Source: a bacterium (GTDB lineage Bacteria > Planctomycetota > JACOTG01 > JAUIME01). From it: a stretch of DNA of 32,122 nt. A model generated the notes under the pieces. That model did not search any database. It was not told the origin of the DNA and was given only the letters and a program-made list of their open reading frames with translations. Where the stretch lies: the NCBI GenBank assembly GCA_030433195.1, contig JAUIME010000001.1, forward strand, positions 1 to 32,122. The letters run 5' to 3'. The translations under genes were made by a program, and so were the position numbers. Every line of letters begins with the position of its first letter. The stretch's first letter is position 1. Of the stretch, positions 1 to 7,816 are shown in pieces.

Positions 1-1
1 G

Positions 2-628
2 TTGAGCCTTCTTCACGAGCTTCGAGAGGCGTGCCGTGGTGACGTAGTCGTCGGCATCGCCGAGCCGTCGGTGATCGACGGGATGCAGGAGGATGTGCAG
101 CGGCGTGTCGACGCGGCCGTTGTTCGAGTACTCGCGGAAGATCGCGACCTCGATGGCCTGGTGCTCGGTGCACGTGACCGCTCCGAACTTCGAGCAGATG
201 CGCCGCGTGCGGCCGTCGCGCTCGACCTCTTCGTAGCCGTGCTCGGTCGACAAACCACGGCTTCCGACGAGCACGACGAGACCGCGCGAGAGATCGATGA
301 ACTTCCTGTTCCGGTAAGTCTCGGTGACGATCCGCTCGTTCTCTTTCTCGCCGTCTTGGATGAGCGCGATCAGGATCGGGACGTTGCGCTCCTTGGCTTC
401 CGCGAACGCATGGTCGAAGTCGCTTTGGAAGCGGATCCCGTTCTTCTGAACGGCGAAGACGGTCGGGGTGTGAACCGAAGCGACGACCATCGTGAGCAGC
501 GCGCCGATGACGAGCGCGCAGGCGACCCGAGAACGCACGACGTCGGAACAAAGGACGGCGCCGACTCGACGGGTCGTTCCGCGGCGTGCCACGTCGTTGC
601 CGAATCGGTTTCTCGGAGCCTGTCGCAT
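2..628 (-). CDS. Exported hypothetical protein, possible thioredoxin-like fold (Thioredoxin_7/DUF255-like) without a canonical CxxC. Partial: the C-terminus runs off the left edge.
   Basis: Not in the ORF track, so I hand-translated the minus strand from the ATG at 626-628. The frame is open for all 209 codons to the window edge: MRQAPRNRFGNDVARRGTTRRVGAVLCSDVVRSRVACALVIGALLTMVVASVHTP...FQSDFDHAFAEAKERNVPILIALIQDGEKENERIVTETYRNRKFIDLSRGLVVLVGS...ICSKFGAVTCTEHQ... It has an N-terminal hydrophobic signal/anchor. The 'helper-protein' layout (AxxxAKexxkPiLi...f.d..v..l...fV.v.vd) resembles Trx-like families. It lies 148 nt downstream of trxA on the same strand. Confidence 0.45.
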   Translation of the reverse strand, partial: MRQAPRNRFGNDVARRGTTRRVGAVLCSDVVRSRVACALVIGALLTMVVASVHTPTVFAVQKNGIRFQSDFDHAFAEAKERNVPILIALIQDGEKENERIVTETYRNRKFIDLSRGLVVLVGSRGLSTEHGYEEVERDGRTRRICSKFGAVTCTEHQAIEVAIFREYSNNGRVDTPLHILLHPVDHRRLGDADDYVTTARLSKLVKKAQ

Positions 629-776
629 CACCTACCGCCCTCCTCGTCAGGGGTTCGCGGACGCATTCCGCGATCCGGGATCGCGTACGAGGGGGCCGGC
701 CGATTTCGCCATTCGCCCGGCAGCACAGCGGCGCGCCGGCCCACGATCGGGGCCGGCGACCGACTCTCGGCCTCGA

Positions 777-1109
777 TCAGGCCAAGACACCCTCGAGCAT
801 CTTCTTCGCGGCGTCGAAAGACTTCGCGCCGACTTCCTGCGCCACGACCTCGCCGTCCTTGAAGACCATGAGGAGCGGGATCGCGGTCACATTGTACTGC
901 ATGGCCGTCGCCTGGTTGTCTTGCGTGTCGAGCTTCGTGATCTTCACGCGACCGTCGAACTCGTCGGCGAGCTTGTCGATCACGGGCGCCATCGCGACGC
1001 AAGGGCCGCACCACGTCGCCCAGAAGTCGACCAGTGCCACGCCTTTGTGTTCGAGAATCTCCGACTGGAACGTCGCGTCGGTGACGTCTGTGACCTTGTC
1101 CGATGCCAT
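777..1109 (-). CDS. trxA: Thioredoxin
   Basis: 110 aa with the canonical WCGPC active site (DFWATWCGPCVAMAPVIDKLA) and the typical thioredoxin length and C-terminal pattern (IPLLMVFKDGEVV). Confidence 0.95.
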   Translation of the reverse strand: MASDKVTDVTDATFQSEILEHKGVALVDFWATWCGPCVAMAPVIDKLADEFDGRVKITKLDTQDNQATAMQYNVTAIPLLMVFKDGEVVAQEVGAKSFDAAKKMLEGVLA

Positions 1110-1292
1110 CGAAGGCTCCTGTATTCTTCAGGGGTTCACGGCGGCCGGGAGCGGGGCGACTCTCTCCCCAACAGGCGTGTCGTACATCCGACCGACATCC
1201 CGGGCCGCAGCTAATCTAGCTAGGGAATCTCCGTACCGTCAACCGGCGCCGGTTCGGGCCGGGCGCGGCCGATTCGAGGGGTCGGCGTCCCG

Positions 1293-2084
1293 TCAGGCCG
1301 GAGACTCCGACTCGTCGACGAAGTCGCCGAATTGCGGCGCGTCCTCGGGGCGATCTTCACGCCGTCGCACGAAGATCTCGCCGAACGCGACCTCCTGGTA
1401 AACGCGGATCTCCTTCTCGCGCACGAGCTCGAGCACCGCAACGAACATCGCCACGAGAACGCCTCGATCGGGGCTGCCCTCGAACAAGCTCCGGAACGAC
1501 ACCTCGGATTCGGCGCGAAGCCGCCGAACGATCGTCTTCATGTGATCTTCGACGGGCGTGTCGTCGAACACGACCTCGCGGTTCTGATTGAACTCGATCT
1601 CTTGCAGGATGCGCGAGTACGCCGCGCACAAGTCCCACAGCGAGATCTCGTCGAGCGCGAGCTTCGGTTCGTCCTCGTCGTCCCCGCCGGCGGTCTCGCC
1701 CGACGACCCTCGCGGAAAGCGCTTGGCCTGCTCCTTGCGCCGATCGTCGAGCTCTTCGGAGATCTCCTTGAAGCGCTTGTAGTCGAGAAGCTGGCGCACG
1801 AGCTCGGTGCGCGGATCCTCGAGCTCTTCGACCTCCTCGGGCTCCGGCGCCGGCAGGAGCATCCGCGACTTGATCTCCATGAGCGTCGACGCCATCACGA
1901 GAAACTCGCCGACGCCGTCGACGTCGAGGTGCGTGAGCAGCTTCATGTGCTCGAGGAATTGCTCGAGCAGATCGGCGATCGGGATGTCGTAGATGTCGAT
2001 CTCGTGCTTTTTGACGAGATACAACAAGAGGTCCATCGGCCCGCCGAAGGCCTCCAAATCGATGCGGTAGTCCACGACGCTCAT
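1293..2084 (-). CDS. scpA: Segregation and condensation protein A (kleisin ScpA)
   Basis: The segment from MSVVDYRIDLEAFGGPMDLLLYLVKKHEIDIYDIPIADLLEQFLEHM through GEFLVMASTLMEIKSRMLLP matches the ScpA N-terminal signature. I chose the ATG at 2082-2084 (28 codons inside the tracked ORF). It forms an ATGA overlap with the stop of the upstream M50 gene. Confidence 0.85.
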   Translation of the reverse strand: MSVVDYRIDLEAFGGPMDLLLYLVKKHEIDIYDIPIADLLEQFLEHMKLLTHLDVDGVGEFLVMASTLMEIKSRMLLPAPEPEEVEELEDPRTELVRQLLDYKRFKEISEELDDRRKEQAKRFPRGSSGETAGGDDEDEPKLALDEISLWDLCAAYSRILQEIEFNQNREVVFDDTPVEDHMKTIVRRLRAESEVSFRSLFEGSPDRGVLVAMFVAVLELVREKEIRVYQEVAFGEIFVRRREDRPEDAPQFGDFVDESESPA

Positions 2085-2749
2085 CCTTGGAACAGTCCCT
2101 TCCCGATGCCCACGAACTCCCCGAGGATGCCGCGCATCAGCGTGTCGGAGTGACCGAAGAGCTCGCATGTGCCGAAGATGGCCGCGAAGAGCGCGTTCGA
2201 GATCGCGGGCACGTAGAACACGGCGGCCAAGAGGATCAGGATACCGTATGGAGCGACGGCCTCGTATGCCCGACGCGCCCCTCCGGGCAGGAAATGTTTC
2301 ACGATGTGCGATCCGTCGAGCGGCGGGATCGGCATGAGGTTGAAGAACGCGAGCAGCAGATTCAGGAACGCCGTGACCCCCATGAGGATGGTGGCGCCGT
2401 TCTCGAGCGACGCGTCACCGAAGATCGGCACGTGCATCAGCAGCAGGAACGCGGCCGCGATGGCGAGGTTCGTCGCCGGACCGGCCGCGGTGACGAGGAT
2501 GTCGTCGACGACGGGCCGCCGCAAGTTCGAGGTGTTGACGGGGATGGGCTTCGCGCCACCGAAGAGGAACCCCGCGAAAAAGTACGAGAGAGCCGGCACG
2601 AGCAGCGTCATGAACGGGTCGATGTGCACGACCGGGTTGAACGTGAGACGTCCGAGCCTGCGCGCCGTCGGGTCGCCGCAGCGATCGGCCACCCAGCCGT
2701 GCGCGACCTCGTGCGCAACGACCGAGAGCACGAAGAACGCGAAACACAC
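2081..2749 (-). CDS. Site-2 protease family (peptidase M50) integral membrane metalloprotease
   Basis: HEVAHG (HExxH) sits in the first TM segment. Also present are RLTFNPVVHIDP, multiple hydrophobic helices and LMPIPPLDGSHI (the M50 LDG motif). The tracked start is the GTG at 2747-2749. The frame stays open to 2797, and an ATC at 2768-2770 sits 6 nt after AGGAGG, so the true start may be 2770. Confidence 0.8.
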   Translation of the reverse strand: MCFAFFVLSVVAHEVAHGWVADRCGDPTARRLGRLTFNPVVHIDPFMTLLVPALSYFFAGFLFGGAKPIPVNTSNLRRPVVDDILVTAAGPATNLAIAAAFLLLMHVPIFGDASLENGATILMGVTAFLNLLLAFFNLMPIPPLDGSHIVKHFLPGGARRAYEAVAPYGILILLAAVFYVPAISNALFAAIFGTCELFGHSDTLMRGILGEFVGIGKGLFQG

Positions 2750-2950
2750 AGCGACGAGAGCGAGCTCGATGACAGGCCTCCTGGCTCGACGGTAAAGTCA
2801 GCGCAACCCCGGTTGCAGCGGGGAATTATAGCAGCGCGGCGGGGCGCTTCCAAACCGGTCTCGCGGTTTACACTGCCTGCCGGCACTGATAAACTCCGAT
2901 CGGCCCGCGGCTTCCTGCCTCCGCGTTTCCGGTTTCGCACCGCCATCACC

Positions 2951-2970
2951 TCGGATCCGCTCGGATCCGC
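2951..2970. repeat. Perfect 10-bp tandem duplication (tcggatccgc x2) in the M50/kdsD divergent intergenic region
   Basis: Read directly: tcggatccgc at 2951-2960 and again at 2961-2970. Confidence 0.6.
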
Positions 2971-3004
2971 ACGTTTCGGGCCGGCATCCTTCGGACCCGC
3001 GCCG

Positions 3005-3047
3005 TTGCCGAAAGACGCCGTGCCGAAGACGCCGTGCCGAAGACGAA
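3005..3047. repeat. About three tandem copies of a 14-bp unit (gtgccgaagacgcc) spanning the predicted kdsD start codon
   Basis: ttgccgaaagacgcc (3005-3019), gtgccgaagacgcc (3020-3033) and gtgccgaagacgaa (3034-3047). The third GTG is the tracked kdsD start. Confidence 0.6.
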
Positions 3048-4077
3048 CAAAGAGGACACGCTCGTGAGCGACGAAACGCCCGTGAAGGTCGAAGCGCTCG
3101 AGGTCGATGCGCTCGAGTACGGCCGCTGGGTCGTCCGCACCGAGCTCGAAGCCGTCGGACTCCTCATCGATCGCCTCGACGGCGCCTTCCGACGCGCGGT
3201 CGACCTCATCTTGGGGTGCATCGAGTCGCGCGGCCGCACCGTGGTCACGGGGATGGGCAAGCCCGGGATCATCGCCGCGAAGATCTCCGCCACGATGGCC
3301 AGCACCGGGACGCCGTCCCTGTGCCTGAACCCGGCCGACGCCTACCACGGCGACCTCGGCCGCATCGTCGGCGACGACGTGATCCTCATCCTGTCGAACA
3401 GCGGCACGACGTCCGAGGTGACGCGTCTCCTGCCGCCGATCAAGCGCATCGGCGCCAAGACGGTCGCGATCACGGGCGACGCCGAATCGCCGCTCGGGCG
3501 GCATTGCGACGTGTTGTTGAACATCGGCGAGATCGCCGAAGCGTGCCCGATCGGGCTCGCGCCGACCGCGAGCACCACCGCGATGCTGGTCCTCGGCGAC
3601 GCGCTCGCGATGACGGTCGCGAAGATGCGCAACTTCACGCCCGAGGAGTACGCTTTCTATCACCCGGGCGGCAGCCTCGGTCGCAGACTGCTGAAGGTCG
3701 GCGAGATCATGCGAACCGGCGACGCCACGACGGTCGTTCGTGCGTCCGATACCGCGCTCGCGGCGCTTCGCGCCATCAACGAGACGAAGGGCCGACCCGG
3801 CGCCGCGTCGGTCGTCGACGACGACGGCATCCTGTGCGGATTCGTGACCGACGGCGACATCAACCGCCGGCTCGGCAGCGAGACCGCGTTTCTCGAGCGC
3901 CCCGTGAGCGAGATCATGGCGCGCGACCCGAAGACCGTGAACCCCGACCGACTCGCGTCCGAGGCCGTGCGGATCCTGCGTGAGCACAAGATCGACCAGC
4001 TCCCCGTCGTCGACGACGGTGGGCATCCGGTCGGCCTGCTCGACGTCCAAGACCTCATGGATACCGGCGGCGTTTGA
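3034..4077 (+). CDS. kdsD: Arabinose-5-phosphate isomerase (KdsD/KpsF type; SIS domain plus tandem CBS domains)
   Basis: SIS motif GRTVVTGMGKPGIIAAKISATMASTGTPS, then LSNSGTTSEV. The C-terminal CBS pair is EIMRTGD...VVDDDGILCGFVTDGDI and IMARDPKTV...QLPVVDDGGHPVGLLDVQDL. The start is GTG. An alternative GTG at 3064 cannot be excluded. Confidence 0.9.
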   Translation: MPKTNKEDTLVSDETPVKVEALEVDALEYGRWVVRTELEAVGLLIDRLDGAFRRAVDLILGCIESRGRTVVTGMGKPGIIAAKISATMASTGTPSLCLNPADAYHGDLGRIVGDDVILILSNSGTTSEVTRLLPPIKRIGAKTVAITGDAESPLGRHCDVLLNIGEIAEACPIGLAPTASTTAMLVLGDALAMTVAKMRNFTPEEYAFYHPGGSLGRRLLKVGEIMRTGDATTVVRASDTALAALRAINETKGRPGAASVVDDDGILCGFVTDGDINRRLGSETAFLERPVSEIMARDPKTVNPDRLASEAVRILREHKIDQLPVVDDGGHPVGLLDVQDLMDTGGV

Positions 4078-4109
4078 GCCGGCCGAATCGATAGCGGAAG
4101 GCCGTTCCC

Positions 4110-4640
4110 GTGTCCGAATCGCAAACCGAACCCGATCTCGAGCGTATCCGCTTTCTGGTCCTCGACGTCGACGGAGTCCTCACCGACGGCGGCATCCTCG
4201 TCGACGACGACGCGCGCGAGTCGAAGCACTTCGACGTGTACGACGGCATCGCGATCCGTTGGTGGATCCAGGCCGGACACAACGTCGCGATCCTCTCGGG
4301 TCGATCGTGCCGCGCGGTCGATCACCGCGCGGCCGAGCTCGGCATCTCGCCCGTCGTGCAAGGATCGAAAGACAAGGTCATGCATCTCGAGCGGATGCTG
4401 CGCGACCTCGAGTTCACGATGGACGAGGTGTGCTACATCGGTGACGACCTACCCGATCTCGGCGTGATGCGCCGCGTCGGCTTCGCGGTCGCGCCGGCGA
4501 ACGCGCGCCCCGAGGTGAAAGAGCGCGTTCCGTTCGTCACGCGAGCGGGCGGCGGATGCGGCGCGGTGCGCGAGCTCATCGAACATTTGCTGCGTGCCCA
4601 AGGCCGCTGGCAGTCGATCGTGGATCGACACGACGTATGA
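4110..4640 (+). CDS. kdsC: 3-deoxy-D-manno-octulosonate-8-phosphate phosphatase (HAD-IIIA, KdsC)
   Basis: IRFLVLDVDGVLTDG (DxDG nucleophile motif), FDVYDGIAIRW, ILSGR, the KdsC-typical GSKDK, and YIGDDLPDL. It lies directly downstream of kdsD. The start is GTG. Confidence 0.9.
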   Translation: MSESQTEPDLERIRFLVLDVDGVLTDGGILVDDDARESKHFDVYDGIAIRWWIQAGHNVAILSGRSCRAVDHRAAELGISPVVQGSKDKVMHLERMLRDLEFTMDEVCYIGDDLPDLGVMRRVGFAVAPANARPEVKERVPFVTRAGGGCGAVRELIEHLLRAQGRWQSIVDRHDV

Positions 4641-4650
4641 GGCGGATCGC

Positions 4651-7600
4651 ATGAAGCGAGTCGCACTGTTCCTCGTTTGCTTCGTGGTCAGCACGGGAAT
4701 CGTCGTCTGGCTCGTCGGCGGCATTCGGTCGCCGCTGAAGCCCGACGAGGACCGCGTGCCCGCGGAGCGCCCCGAGGAGTCGTCCGCGGGCAAGCTCCAC
4801 CCCCTCACGAAAGGCGACACGCGCGGCGTCTACATCGGGACCGTCTCGGGCGGCGAGATCAACCGCTACGAGGAGATCATCCACGAAGACGGCACCGTCG
4901 AGCACATCCCGCGCGAGACGTTCCGCTACGACAGCGCCGAGCCTTCGTCGAGCAAGCTCGGAGTCGTGCGAGGGCTCACGGGCACGTTCTACGACGACAA
5001 GGGAAACGAGTCCGCGCACGTGACGAGTGACCGCGCATCCGTGCGACTCGACGAGAAGACCGACGAGGTCTCGCAGATCTCGCTCGAAGGCGACGTCCGC
5101 TTCGAAGAACGCCAGGGAGCGACGCGGATCGGGTCGCTCGAAACTCCCGCCCTCGTGATCCGTTTCGCATCCTCGACGGATTCGACGAGCGACGCCGCGG
5201 ACGAGAGCGACGACGAGCGCACACCGACTCCGTCGCGTCCCGTGCTGTCGTCCGACGATCTCGTGACGATTCGCAAGGACGGCATGGTGCTTCGCGGCAC
5301 GGGCTTCCATGGCGACGTCGAACTGCGCGACTTCCGCATCGGCTCCGACGTCGAACTCGTCGTCGAATCCGACGCCGGGCTCTCGATGCCGGACATGCTC
5401 GGCAGCGGTGCCGACGACTCGAGCGGTCCTTCGTGGAAGATCGAGTCGCCCGGATCGCTGATCCTGAGCGGCGCGCCCGACGAAGGCGCCAAGGCCCCGA
5501 CCCCGACGAAGCGCAAGGGAGGGTGGGGCGTCAGCGAGGCAACGGTACGGTTCACCGACCGCACGACGCTCTCGCAGGGCGAACAACGGCTCGAAGTCGG
5601 CGCGCTCGAGATCGGCCTCCAGGCGGTGAAACCGACCGAATCGAACACCGGCGCGGCGAAGGACCCCGACGCGCGCGACGGGCGCGGCAATCTCCAAGCC
5701 AAGCGCCTCTTCGGATCGAACGGCGTCGTGTTCCGAGACGGGCAGATGGAGACTCGATCGCGCACGATCGAATGCAACGCCGGCGACGAACCGACGCTGC
5801 TGACGCTGGCGGGGTCGCCGCGTATCGTCATGAGTCAAGACGGCGGCCCTTCCCTCTTCGGCGAATCGGGCGGCGACGCGTCGGGGCTCATCACCGTCGA
5901 GTGCTCGGATCGTATCGAGCTGCGCTCGGATCCCGAGGCGGCGCGACGCGACGTCCAGTGTTTCGGCGACGTCCGGATCTACGAGGGTCGTACGTTCGAT
6001 CCGGCGAAGCCCGGCCTCTCGTCCGACCACATCGCGCTCGTCATCGACGAATCGGGCGACGTCACGCAGCTCGAAGAGCTCGTCGCGACCGGCTCGGTCG
6101 AGATCCGCGATCCCGAGTTCGTACTCACGGGAGGACGCTTCGAGCTCGTCCGCAGCGGGAACGCGCAAGAATTCGATCTCGTCATGAGCCGACGTCCCGA
6201 ACTGCGGCTTTCCGGTGCTCCGATCCAAGGCTTCCAGATGGATCTGCTTCCGGGTGCCGGATCCGACGTCGATGCCGAAACGTCCGATGCGAGCTCGCAG
6301 CTCGTCGCGAGCGCGGTCGACCGGATCGTCGTCTCGCGCGAAACCGAGGCGACGACGCTCATCGACTTCCTGGGCGGATTCACGATGCAGCGGCGCGTCA
6401 GTGACGAGCTTCTCGGCCAACTCACGTCCGAGAGCATGCTCCTCTCGATGCAGAAAGACGAGGCCGGCAAGTCGCGCCTCGCGTCGTGGAACGCGAGCGG
6501 CGACGTGCACTACGAGTCGCCCGAGGGTGAAGCCGTCGGTGACCACCTGAGCTATTCGAAGAGCGAAGGCCGCGTGCGTTTGCTCGGGACTCGCGGCGCA
6601 CATCGCGCGATCCTGCGATTCACGGATCCCGACGGCGGCGAGCCGCAGAAGCTGCTGGCCGAGACGTTCGTCTACATCGTCGACTCCGACGCGTTCGAAG
6701 CCGAGGGGCGTGTCGAAGGCGAGTTCACGACGGACGCCGTCGCCTGGGAATCGCTCGCCCGACGCGGCGACGACGACAAGGATGCCGAGGCCGACGCGAA
6801 CGATGCGACGAAGCCCGACCCGGCCGAACCCCCGCAGCGCTGGATCCTGAAGTGCGACGAGGCGGACATCGCGCTCGTTCGCGGTGGCGAGGACGACGAG
6901 TCGGACGCATCCGACGCGCGCGACGATGCCGCGAGCGGCACCGCGGACGACGAAGAGCGCGGTCCCTCGACGCAGCTCGCGTACTTCGACGCGCGCGGCC
7001 GCGTGCGGCTCGACGGCGAATCGCAGCGCGTTCGCGCCGAGCAGGTGACGTACAGCGCCGTGAAGAACAACGTGCTCATCCGCGGCACCGACGCCGAGCC
7101 CGCGTTGTTGTCGACACGCGACACCACTCTCGATCGACGCGCGGAAGACGAAACTTCGGCCGACGCTGAGCCTCGTCCCGAGGAATGGAGTTCGGTCGCG
7201 AGCTCTTGGTTCGACATAGACACCGAGAACGAGGTCGTACGCTGCGAAGACGGTGGTCTGCTCACGTTCCACGTCGAGGACCTGCTGTCGCGCGATCGCA
7301 GCACGACGCCCGAGCGACTCGTGACGACGATCTCGTGCACAGGGCTCATGGAGTTCCGGCGCGATCGCGACGCGAGCTTCCACGACGACGTGCGCGTCAC
7401 GCAGATCGGCGCCGGCGACACGCCCGAGCGTCCGCGCACGAGGCTCGAGTGCGGCTACATGCACGTCGCGCTCGAGCCCGAAGCGTCGACCGACGACGAA
7501 TCGCCCGTTGCCGACACGCGCAGCGCGACCGAGGCCGTCGGCGGTCTGCGGGTGCGCAAACTCACGTGTGAGCACGATGTCGTCGTGCGCCACAAGAACC

Positions 7601-7806
7601 CGAACGTCGTGGCATCGGGTGAGTACTTGGAACTCGTCACGCGAGAAACGATGATCTACGTCCACGGCGGCAACAAGAACGTCTTCTTCCGCCGCGACGA
7701 CGGCACGTTCGAGCCCAAGTCGCTGCGCTACGACTACAAGGCGGGCAAGGTCGAAGTGTGGCAGTTCAATTACACGGGCGGGCGGGCGAGCGCAGAAAGG
7801 AACTGA
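4651..7806 (+). CDS. Giant membrane-anchored periplasmic protein made of repeated LptC/LptA (OstA-like beta-jellyroll)-like modules. Putative LPS-transport bridge protein.
   Basis: The ATG at 4651 gives MKRVALFLVCFVVSTGIVVWLVGG, a single N-terminal TM anchor like LptC. It lies 10 nt after kdsC and ends 10 nt before lptD. One pattern recurs: a short strand, then G-D/S-V-x-hydrophobic, then 'main strand'. Examples are LEGDVRFEERQG, FHGDVELRDFRIGSDVELVV, GSNGVVFRDGQMETRSRTIEC...LTLAGSPRIVM, CFGDVRIYEG...ATGSVEIRDPEFVLTGGRFELV, ASGDVHYESPEGEAVGDHLSYSKSEGRVRLLG, ARGRVRLDGESQRVRAEQVTYSAVKNNVLIRG and CEHDVVVRHKNPNVVASGEYLELVTRETMIYVHG. The CDS itself is solid; the functional assignment is inference. 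Confidence 0.6.
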   Translation: MKRVALFLVCFVVSTGIVVWLVGGIRSPLKPDEDRVPAERPEESSAGKLHPLTKGDTRGVYIGTVSGGEINRYEEIIHEDGTVEHIPRETFRYDSAEPSSSKLGVVRGLTGTFYDDKGNESAHVTSDRASVRLDEKTDEVSQISLEGDVRFEERQGATRIGSLETPALVIRFASSTDSTSDAADESDDERTPTPSRPVLSSDDLVTIRKDGMVLRGTGFHGDVELRDFRIGSDVELVVESDAGLSMPDMLGSGADDSSGPSWKIESPGSLILSGAPDEGAKAPTPTKRKGGWGVSEATVRFTDRTTLSQGEQRLEVGALEIGLQAVKPTESNTGAAKDPDARDGRGNLQAKRLFGSNGVVFRDGQMETRSRTIECNAGDEPTLLTLAGSPRIVMSQDGGPSLFGESGGDASGLITVECSDRIELRSDPEAARRDVQCFGDVRIYEGRTFDPAKPGLSSDHIALVIDESGDVTQLEELVATGSVEIRDPEFVLTGGRFELVRSGNAQEFDLVMSRRPELRLSGAPIQGFQMDLLPGAGSDVDAETSDASSQLVASAVDRIVVSRETEATTLIDFLGGFTMQRRVSDELLGQLTSESMLLSMQKDEAGKSRLASWNASGDVHYESPEGEAVGDHLSYSKSEGRVRLLGTRGAHRAILRFTDPDGGEPQKLLAETFVYIVDSDAFEAEGRVEGEFTTDAVAWESLARRGDDDKDAEADANDATKPDPAEPPQRWILKCDEADIALVRGGEDDESDASDARDDAASGTADDEERGPSTQLAYFDARGRVRLDGESQRVRAEQVTYSAVKNNVLIRGTDAEPALLSTRDTTLDRRAEDETSADAEPRPEEWSSVASSWFDIDTENEVVRCEDGGLLTFHVEDLLSRDRSTTPERLVTTISCTGLMEFRRDRDASFHDDVRVTQIGAGDTPERPRTRLECGYMHVALEPEASTDDESPVADTRSATEAVGGLRVRKLTCEHDVVVRHKNPNVVASGEYLELVTRETMIYVHGGNKNVFFRRDDGTFEPKSLRYDYKAGKVEVWQFNYTGGRASAERN

Positions 7807-7816
7807 GTCGAACGAC

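Noticed and set aside
2-862. 286-aa plus-strand ORF open at the left edge
   Set aside because: It is antisense to the minus-strand Trx-like ORF and trxA. The product is R/A/D/S-rich and ends in an Arg/Pro/Ser tail, so it is a shadow ORF.
2608-4050. 480-aa minus-strand ORF antisense to kdsD (similar cases: 11069-12328 on the plus strand opposite gyrB, 14164-15210 on the plus strand opposite dnaN, 15615-16856 on the plus strand opposite dnaA)
   Set aside because: All lie opposite genes with unambiguous conserved motifs. All show the Arg/Asp/Glu/Ala-rich composition expected from reading GC3-rich codons in reverse.
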